Source: an uncultured Clostridium sp.
GTDB taxonomy: Bacteria; Bacillota; Clostridia; TANB77; CAG-508
NCBI GenBank assembly: GCA_964507565.1
Contig: CAZDPV010000001.1
Span: forward strand, 8,662 to 72,661
Direction of reading: 5' to 3'
DNA: 64,000 bases
Shown in pieces: positions 55,193 through 61,851 of this stretch. The translations under genes and the position numbers were made by a program. The notes beneath the pieces were generated by a model that saw nothing but the letters and a program-made list of their open reading frames with translations, did no database searches and had not been told where the DNA came from. Every line of letters begins with the position of its first letter. Within the stretch, counting starts at the first letter, position 1.

Positions 55193-56179
55193 ATGAGTAG
55201 AAGAAAAAATCAAAAAAATCAAAAATTATTTGCAACACTAATAACATTTATATTTCTTTTTATACTTGTTTATTTCTCAAATGGTACATATCAAAATGCA
55301 CAATTGAAAAATAAAATATCAACGGACAATTCTGTCGAAAACTCAATATTGAATAATGAAATTACATATAAAACAAATGCAAAAGTAGAAGACACAATAA
55401 ATATAAATAACGATAAGCTAAATATAATATTTTTATATGTAGGACAAGCAGATTGTACATTTATAAAATTAAATGATAAATCTATGCTAATTGATGCTGG
55501 CAACAATGAGGATGGAAAGAACATTGTTAGCTATTTACAATCACTTGAAATAAACAAAATCAATTATGTAATCGGAACTCATGCAGACGAAGATCACATA
55601 GGGGGATTAGATGATATTATAAATAATATTGAAGTTGAAAAAGTCTACATGCCACAAAAAGGAAAAGATGAAACAAATTATAAAAACGTAGTTAAATCAG
55701 CTAGCAATAAAAATATAAATATTGAAACGCCAAATATAAATGATGAATTTAATATAGAAAAAGCAAAATGCAAAGTTATGTCAGTAATGAACTATGAGGG
55801 AATAAATGATAATAATAGTTCCATAGTACTACAACTTAGCTACGAAAATACAAAATACTTATTTATGGGAGATGCTGAAAAAGAAGTAGAAAATTCAAGA
55901 AAATGGGATAAAGTAGATGTACTTAAAGTAGGACATCATGGATCTAATACAGGAAGCACAGCAGATTTCTTAAATCAAGTTGCACCACATTATGCAATAA
56001 TTGAAGTTGGAAATAATAATAAATATAAACTGCCAAATAGTAAAGCTATTTCAAGAATAGAAAGTGTAGGAGCAACAATACTTAGAACAGACACAAATTG
56101 CTCATCTTTTATGATTTCTAGTGATGGAAAAGAAATAGAAGAAAAAGAAATAAACATAAATTTAGATGGAAACAAATAA
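55193..56179 (+). CDS. Membrane-anchored MBL-fold hydrolase, ComEC C-terminal-domain-like
   Basis: N-terminal TM, then LNIIFLYVGQADCTFIKL..., the HADEDHIGG metal motif and VGHHGS. The start is at MSRRKNQ after GGGGAG. Confidence 0.75.
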   Translation: MSRRKNQKNQKLFATLITFIFLFILVYFSNGTYQNAQLKNKISTDNSVENSILNNEITYKTNAKVEDTININNDKLNIIFLYVGQADCTFIKLNDKSMLIDAGNNEDGKNIVSYLQSLEINKINYVIGTHADEDHIGGLDDIINNIEVEKVYMPQKGKDETNYKNVVKSASNKNINIETPNINDEFNIEKAKCKVMSVMNYEGINDNNSSIVLQLSYENTKYLFMGDAEKEVENSRKWDKVDVLKVGHHGSNTGSTADFLNQVAPHYAIIEVGNNNKYKLPNSKAISRIESVGATILRTDTNCSSFMISSDGKEIEEKEININLDGNK

Positions 56180-56251
56180 ATTTTGAAATTAAAAGAACAA
56201 ATATTGTTCTAGGAAGGAAATATAATATTTAATTTATTATATAATGATTGA

Positions 56252-56584
56252 ATGAACTTAGAAGTTGAAAACGGTTTAAGCAACATGATCAAAAATATCA
56301 AAGAAAATCTTATAGAAAATTTTAAAAATGAACTGGAGAACTATATGAATCAAGAAAAAAATTTTACTAATAAAATAGAATTAGAAAAAAATGAAACAAC
56401 ATATAATGTAGACGAAATAGGGGATGATGAGAAATATGTATTCCTAACAGATGAATCTACTGGACAAGATTTTCAAGAATTTAATATATCTGATGAATTA
56501 TACGAAAAAATACTAAACTATCAAGATAAAGACAATTTAAAACTAGTAAAAAAGAATGGAATATATAATATAAAAAACAATTAA
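56252..56584 (+). CDS. Hypothetical acidic protein (110 aa)
   Basis: An ORF between two terminators with no convincing RBS and no recognisable family. Confidence 0.3.
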   Translation: MNLEVENGLSNMIKNIKENLIENFKNELENYMNQEKNFTNKIELEKNETTYNVDEIGDDEKYVFLTDESTGQDFQEFNISDELYEKILNYQDKDNLKLVKKNGIYNIKNN

Positions 56585-56591
56585 AGAATGT

Positions 56592-56638
56592 AAAAAAAAA
56601 GACATCCAGAATACTTAAAAGTATCTAGATGTTTTTTT
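56592..56638. terminator. Bidirectional terminator
   Basis: An imperfect hairpin ACATCCAGAATAC..GTATCTAGATGT flanked by A9 and T7. Confidence 0.6.
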
Positions 56639-56639
56639 A

Positions 56640-56993
56640 TTATTTTGCACTCTTTGCAACTTTACAAATTTCAGCAAATGCTTTAGAGTCTGTAACTGCT
56701 AAGTCAGCTAACATCTTTCTGTTAACAGTAACATTAGCTTTCTTTAATCCTGCAATTAAAGTGCTATATGTCATATCATTTAATCTAGCAGCAGCGTTAA
56801 TTCTTGCAATCCATAATCTTCTAAAGTCGCTCTTCTTATCTTTTCTTCCAACATAAGAATAAACTCCTGATTTCATAACTGCTTGTTTAGCTTGTCTAAA
56901 TCTATAATGTTTAGCTCCAAAATATCCCTTAGCTCTTTTTAATATTTTTTTATGTTTCTTTCTTGTTATTATTGCTGTTTTTACTCTTGCCAT
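56640..56993 (-). CDS. rplT: 50S ribosomal protein L20
   Basis: [26 protein letters not shown] is a full-length L20. Confidence 0.95.
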   Translation of the reverse strand: MARVKTAIITRKKHKKILKRAKGYFGAKHYRFRQAKQAVMKSGVYSYVGRKDKKSDFRRLWIARINAAARLNDMTYSTLIAGLKKANVTVNRKMLADLAVTDSKAFAEICKVAKSAK

Positions 56994-57016
56994 TTTTTAT
57001 TCACCTTCCTTTTTTA

Positions 57017-57220
57017 TTAGTTACCATAAGGTAATAATTTCTTTACATGATTTGTTGATGTACTATCAACATAAGCATTAAGTACGCTTCCACTTGCTTT
57101 TTGTCTATTAGTTTTATTTCCTAATAAATGTCTTCTATTGCATTTAGTTCTTTTAACTTTTCCTGTAGCTGTATATGAATATCTTTTCTTAGCAGCTTTA
57201 TTTGTCTTCAACTTTGGCAT
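57017..57220 (-). CDS. rpmI: 50S ribosomal protein L35
   Basis: MPKLKTNKAAKKRY is an L35 signature. Confidence 0.95.
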   Translation of the reverse strand: MPKLKTNKAAKKRYSYTATGKVKRTKCNRRHLLGNKTNRQKASGSVLNAYVDSTSTNHVKKLLPYGN

Positions 57221-57292
57221 AATAATTTCCTCCTTGTAATAATAAATATATATAAATTAGCATAAAGCTAATATTATAAACAATGTATAAAT

Positions 57293-57802
57293 CTAATTCT
57301 TTTTAGCTAGAATGATAAACATATTTCTACCTTCAAGAATTGGTTTTCTTTCAGGAACTGCAACTTCTTGTAAAGAAGTAATAAAATTACTCAAAAGTTC
57401 TTCACCTTGTTTAACATAGTTCATTTCTCTTCCTCTAAATTTAACAGTTACCTTAACTTTATTTCCATCTTCTAAGAATTTCTGAGCATTTTTTAATTTA
57501 AATTCGAAATCATGTGTATCAATATTGGGGGTAATTCTCAATTCTTTTAACTCAAAAACTTTTTGTTTTTTTCTAGCTTCTTTTTCTTTTTTAGATTGCT
57601 CGAACTTATATTTTCCATAATTCATAATTTTACAAACTTTTGGATTATTATTTGGGGCAACCAAAACTAAATCTAATTTTTTCTCAGAAGCTAAATCTAA
57701 AGCTTCATTCAAAGATAATACTCCAAGTTTTTCATTATTGTCATCAATAACTTGAACTTTATCTGCTCTAATTTGTTCATTGATAGATAATTCTTGTTTT
57801 AT
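57293..57802 (-). CDS. infC: Translation initiation factor IF-3, probable non-canonical ATA start
   Basis: IKQELSINEQIRADKVQVIDDN...EGRNMFIILAKK. The listed ATG (57835) lies upstream of the AGGAGG at 57817-57812, which it would read as Arg-Arg. The first in-frame near-cognate codon 9 nt after the RBS is ATA (57802-57800). Confidence 0.85.
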   Translation of the reverse strand: MKQELSINEQIRADKVQVIDDNNEKLGVLSLNEALDLASEKKLDLVLVAPNNNPKVCKIMNYGKYKFEQSKKEKEARKKQKVFELKELRITPNIDTHDFEFKLKNAQKFLEDGNKVKVTVKFRGREMNYVKQGEELLSNFITSLQEVAVPERKPILEGRNMFIILAKKN

Positions 57803-57835
57803 ATTAAAACACCTCCTAAAAAGTATATTAGTCAA

Positions 57836-58005
57836 TCTTTAACAAAAGAAAAAGACTGGCAAGAAACCAATCTACATTTCAATTTTATAAAATATCTTAT
57901 TCATAATAAACAAAATATAATTATAAATACCTTTTCCTAATACATAATAAGATTTACTCTTATTAAAGTGAAGGTGAGAAACATAGTTTTCTTCTTTCTA
58001 ATTAC
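57836..58005 (-). promoter_or_regulatory. Long 5' leader of infC-rpmI-rplT (candidate L20-responsive leader)
   Basis: About 170 nt separate the promoter at 58013-58041 from the infC RBS. Firmicute infC operons carry an L20 leader. I did not fold the structure. Confidence 0.35.
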
Positions 58006-58012
58006 ATTATCT

Positions 58013-58041
58013 ATAATACAACATTTCTTGCAAAAAGTCAA
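58013..58041 (-). promoter_or_regulatory. Sigma-A-type promoter for the infC operon
   Basis: On the minus strand: TTGACT (58041-58036), a 17-nt spacer, then TATTAT (58018-58013). Confidence 0.6.
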
Positions 58042-58058
58042 TACCTTCCATAAGAAAA

Positions 58059-58106
58059 AATATTACAAAAATATTACAACAATATTACGTTTTTGTAATA
58101 TTGTAA
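58059..58106. repeat. Three 11-bp-phased direct repeats (A)ATATTAC plus inverted copies
   Basis: ATATTAC occurs at 58060-58066, 58071-58077 and 58082-58088. The third forms a perfect palindrome with GTAATAT at 58095-58101 (ATATTAC-gttttt-GTAATAT). An extra TGTAA lies at 58102-58106. Confidence 0.75.
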
Positions 58107-58113
58107 GAATATA

Positions 58114-58141
58114 TTGACAATCTGCTTTATTATGATAAAAT
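58114..58141 (+). promoter_or_regulatory. Sigma-A-type promoter with extended -10
   Basis: TTGACA (58114-58119), a 16-nt spacer, then TGaTAAAAT (58133-58141). Confidence 0.55.
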
Positions 58142-58199
58142 AAAATTGCATTAAATGGATAGTAAGAACAATAAACAAACATGAGAAAAGGAGAATTCA

Positions 58200-58331
58200 A
58201 TGAAAAGAACAATGAAAAAGATAAAAAAAGATATTAAAGGAATAACATTAGTAGCACTAGTAGTTACAGTATTTATCCACTATTTCGATATAATAAAAGT
58301 AAGTAATAGCAAGGGATTGCAGTTATCATAA
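58200..58331 (+). CDS. 43-aa ORF carrying a prepilin-type leader and the start of the alpha-1 helix (pilin fragment?), not in the ORF track
   Basis: My own translation is MKRTMKKIKKDIKGITLVALVVTVFIHYFDIIKVSNSKGLQLS. The stretch GITLVALVVT is identical to residues 7-16 of the 14002 pilin but uses different synonymous codons. It has an RBS (aaaaggag) and a terminator downstream. Confidence 0.4.
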   Translation: MKRTMKKIKKDIKGITLVALVVTVFIHYFDIIKVSNSKGLQLS

Positions 58332-58356
58332 ATTTTAAAAACAAAAATTAATCATT

Positions 58357-58390
58357 AAAAATCGTATAAATTTTAAGTATACGATTTTTT
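58357..58390 (+). terminator. Intrinsic terminator
   Basis: ATCGTATA - 9 nt - TATACGAT followed by T6. Confidence 0.7.
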
Positions 58391-58461
58391 AATTTGCACA
58401 TTTGCTATCAATAATAAAATGTTATACAATGAATTTATAAAAATAAAAGGAGTTGTATATT

Positions 58462-58602
58462 ATGAAGAAAAAGGAATTATTAATAAATCAAGAGGAATAT
58501 AGAATTATAATAAAAGCTTTAGTTGAGTTTAGAAACAAGTTAATAAGAGAAAAAAGATATACTGATCCAGTAGATGAATTTTTATTAAAAATAACTAAAT
58601 AA
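58462..58602 (+). CDS. Small helical protein, 46 aa (not in the ORF track)
   Basis: My own translation is MKKKELLINQEEYRIIIKALVEFRNKLIREKRYTDPVDEFLLKITK. It has an RBS (aaaggag) and is followed by a terminator. Confidence 0.4.
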   Translation: MKKKELLINQEEYRIIIKALVEFRNKLIREKRYTDPVDEFLLKITK

Positions 58603-58632
58603 TTAGCAAATTATAAAATTAAAGATATTAAG

Positions 58633-58661
58633 CTATTTCAGAAATGAAGTAGTTTTTTTTT
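58633..58661 (+). terminator. Intrinsic terminator
   Basis: CTATTTCA-gaaa-TGAAGTAG (one G-U pair) followed by T9. Confidence 0.65.
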
Positions 58662-58684
58662 GTTACAAACGGAAAGGAACAAAT

Positions 58685-59149
58685 ATGTACATAAACGAGA
58701 ATGAAATTTATGGAAGTAATAATCAAACGCAAAAAATTATGGTCATAGATTTTATTAGGAAACTTTTATATCAATACCCTTATTTAGAAAATAAAATAAG
58801 GGATAGAGAAAAAGAACTTTTAAAAACTGATAAAATAACTTCTTACGAGTTTATTAAAGGAAATAAATCAATAAAAGATATTTCAAATATTTTATTAAAT
58901 GATAAAAAACTTAAAATCTATAAAAATAGAAAAGATTTTTTAGACAAAACATTTAAACATTTAAAAAAATCTTATCCAAAAGTTTATAATTTTATGATTA
59001 AAAAATACTTTATCAGAGTAAGCAATGAAGATATTAAAAATGAAATAAATTCAACAGATGCTGGAATGATAGAATTAGATTTAAAATTAATTAAATATAT
59101 TGGAAATAAATTGACTTATTCAAAAAATTTCCTATGCATTAAAACATAA
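58685..59149 (+). CDS. Hypothetical protein, possibly a RinA/ArpU-like (sigma region-4-like) activator of mobile elements
   Basis: The N-terminal 'LLYQYPYLENKIRDREKEL' resembles the Y-P-x-Y...coiled-coil start of phage/ICE late activators. This is a weak call from memory. Confidence 0.3.
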   Translation: MYINENEIYGSNNQTQKIMVIDFIRKLLYQYPYLENKIRDREKELLKTDKITSYEFIKGNKSIKDISNILLNDKKLKIYKNRKDFLDKTFKHLKKSYPKVYNFMIKKYFIRVSNEDIKNEINSTDAGMIELDLKLIKYIGNKLTYSKNFLCIKT

Positions 59150-59166
59150 AGAATGGAGGTGAAGAA

Positions 59167-59988
59167 ATGAAAAAATGTAAAGTTATTGCAATTACTAATC
59201 AAAAGGGTGGTGTTGGAAAAACAACTACAACTGTAAATTTAGGAGTTGGATTAGCTAATAAAGGAAAAAAGGTATTATTAGTTGATTTTGATCCACAAGG
59301 AGACTTAACTACTTCTTTAGGTTGGACAAAAGTAGATGAAATGCCATTAACTATTTCTAACGAATTACAAAAAACTATTCAAGGTTTAGAATTTGAAAAA
59401 CATGAAGCTATATTACATAACAAAGAAGGAATAGATGTTATTCCTTCTAATATTGAATTAGAAAGCCTTGAAGTAGGACTTGTTACTACAATGAGCAGAG
59501 AATATGTATTGCAAACATTTCTAGAAAAACTTAAAACTGAGTATGATTATATTTTAATTGATTGCAGACCAAGTTTAGGTATGCTCACAATAAATGCTCT
59601 TACATCTGCAGATAGTGTAATAATTCCAGTTCAAGCACAGTATTTACCTTTAAAGGGAATGACACAACTTATTGATACAGTGAACAAAATTAAATATAGA
59701 ATAAATCCAAATTTGAAAATAGAAGGCGTACTATTAACAATAGTAGATTCACAAACAAGATTATCTAAAATAACAGAAGAAACTCTAAGAAATAGTTATG
59801 GAAATAAATTAAAAATATTTAAAACTACAATACCAAAAGGAATAAAAGCAGCAGAAGGTACAGCAAAAGGAGAAAGTATTTTTATGTATGACAAAAATAG
59901 TAAGCCAGCACTTGCTTATGATTGTTTAGCAAAGGAGGTACTAAATAATGACGAACGATTTAAAATTAAATCTGCCGAATGTAGATGA
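59167..59988 (+). CDS. parA: ParA/Soj-family partition ATPase
   Basis: Deviant Walker A NQKGGVGKTTT, DFDPQGD and DCRPSLG. Confidence 0.9.
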   Translation: MKKCKVIAITNQKGGVGKTTTTVNLGVGLANKGKKVLLVDFDPQGDLTTSLGWTKVDEMPLTISNELQKTIQGLEFEKHEAILHNKEGIDVIPSNIELESLEVGLVTTMSREYVLQTFLEKLKTEYDYILIDCRPSLGMLTINALTSADSVIIPVQAQYLPLKGMTQLIDTVNKIKYRINPNLKIEGVLLTIVDSQTRLSKITEETLRNSYGNKLKIFKTTIPKGIKAAEGTAKGESIFMYDKNSKPALAYDCLAKEVLNNDERFKIKSAECR

Positions 59989-60875
59989 TTTATTTGGGTT
60001 AGATAATTCAAAAAAAATTATAAAAATACCAATAAAAGATTTGAGAGACTTTCCTAATCATCCATTCAAAGTAATTAAAAATGAGGAACTAACTAATATG
60101 GCTCAAAGCATAAAGGAAAATAATGGAGTTATAGTTCCAATTATTGTAAGAAGAATGGAGGATGGTACATATCAAGTAATATCTGGTCATAGAAGGAAAG
60201 AAGCAAGTAAAATTGCAGGTCTAACAGAAATTAGAGCAATAGTAGAAGATTTATCAGATGCTGAAGCTACTATTAAAATGGTAGATAGTAATATGCAAAG
60301 AACAGAAATATTGCCTAGTGAAAGAGCTTATGCTTACAAGATGAAATTGGAAGCAGAAAAAAGTCAAGGAAAGCGAACAGATTTAGACTTTACGACCAAT
60401 GGTCGGGAAGTCTAATAATATTTTAAGGACTACTGAAAAAATAGGAGAAGAAGTTGGAGAAAGTGCAAGAAATATTCAAAGATATATTAGATTAACTTAT
60501 CTTATTCCTGAGTTATTAAATATGGTTGATAATAACAAGATTGCTTTCAGACCAGCAGTGGAGTTATCCTATTTAAAGAATGAAGAGCAATATGTACTTT
60601 TAGATTCAATTGACTGCAATGAAGCAACTCCTAGTTTAGCACAAGCAATTGATATGAAGAAAAGAAGTCAAGAAGGAAAATTGACAGCAGAAAAAATTGA
60701 TGAAATAATGTCAGTAGAAAAACCTAATCAAATTCCAAAAATAAAAATTTCAGAGGATAGATTTGTTGGATTATTTCCAAAGGATTGTGAAACATCAAAG
60801 CAGAGAGAGGATTTCTTATATCAATGTGTACTTGAGCATAACAAAAAAATAAGAAATAAAGAAATGGAAAGATAG
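59948..60875 (+). pseudogene. parB: ParB/Spo0J-like (ParB N-terminal domain plus HTH) protein, split by a frameshift near 60404-60410
   Basis: ORF 59948..60415 carries the ParB-N box (VISGHRRKEASKIAGL). ORF 60399..60875 carries the HTH part (IGEEVGESARNIQRYIRLTYLIPELLNMVD). The two overlap by 17 nt in different frames around 'ggtcgggaag'. Confidence 0.7.
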
Positions 60876-61056
60876 AAAATGTAATACATTTTAAGTAATA
60901 CAAGTAATTATTTTCCCCCTCTTACAATTACCCCTTTAACTTACACTATACTAACTGAAAAGAGAATATATTATATATTATTTATATAAATATATTTTAT
61001 ATACTTGCAAAATATAAATTGCTGATTTATTATTATCAACAAAGGAGATGTTAAGT

Positions 61057-61776
61057 ATGAAAAATTTAATAAAAAATAAGAAAATAATTTTAATAATTGT
61101 CCTTTTGGTGATTTTAATAATTTTAATTTCAATAATTGTTTTTAGGAATTGTAAAAAGTGCAAAATTGATGATACAACATTTTTAAACAAAGAGAATGTA
61201 ATTAGTCAAATAAATAATTTAAATCAAAATATGGTTAATACTGAAGTCAACAATTCAATTAAAAATGAAGTTAGTAATATTGTTGCTAATGAAGAAACAA
61301 ATTCAAGTCAAAATATACTTAATGAAAACAACGAAGAAAAAACAAAAGATAATACCAAAATAGAAACACAAAAGGAACAATCACAAGAAAAAGCTACGAG
61401 TTCGACTACTCAAACTAAAAAGGCAACAAGTTCAACTTCTCAAAGTACCACATCAACTCAAACTACTACACAAGGAAAAACTAAAACAACTGATACTGCT
61501 ACTCCTACAATAAAACAAGAAACGCAAAAAGTAGAAGAAAAGAAAACAGAAACTTGTGAAAATGGACATCATCTTATTTCTGTTGGAAATTCTGGAAAGT
61601 GGTTTAATACTGAAAAAGAAGCAATTGCTTATTATGAACAACTAATTGCTTATTGGGGTAAAAAATGGGAAAACTATGAAGTTGATGATGAAACTTATAA
61701 CAAAAATTGTCCTTGTGGTTATGAAGATTTTCAATGTTCATGTGGTAAGTGGACAATAAATTTTTATTATAGATAA
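61057..61776 (+). CDS. Membrane-anchored protein with an S/T/Q-rich linker and a Cys/His-rich C-terminal domain
   Basis: The start is at MKNLIKNKK after aaaggag. It has one TM, a low-complexity linker (ATSSTTQTKKATSSTSQSTTSTQTTTQ) and a C-terminus CENGHH...CPCGYEDFQCSCGKW. Confidence 0.5.
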   Translation: MKNLIKNKKIILIIVLLVILIILISIIVFRNCKKCKIDDTTFLNKENVISQINNLNQNMVNTEVNNSIKNEVSNIVANEETNSSQNILNENNEEKTKDNTKIETQKEQSQEKATSSTTQTKKATSSTSQSTTSTQTTTQGKTKTTDTATPTIKQETQKVEEKKTETCENGHHLISVGNSGKWFNTEKEAIAYYEQLIAYWGKKWENYEVDDETYNKNCPCGYEDFQCSCGKWTINFYYR

Positions 61777-61795
61777 AAATTAAATATGCTTTTTT

Positions 61796-61825
61796 AGAAC
61801 AAGTAAAATACTTGTTCTTTTTTTG
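61796..61825 (+). terminator. Intrinsic terminator
   Basis: AGAACAAGTA-aaa-TACTTGTTCT followed by T7. Confidence 0.7.
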
Positions 61826-61851
61826 TACGAAAAAAAAGAAAGGAGAAATTA

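Noticed and set aside
57803-57835. The ATG at 57835 as the infC start.
   Set aside because: It would translate the Shine-Dalgarno sequence itself as Arg-Arg, and it has no RBS. The conserved IF-3 N-terminus begins just after the SD.
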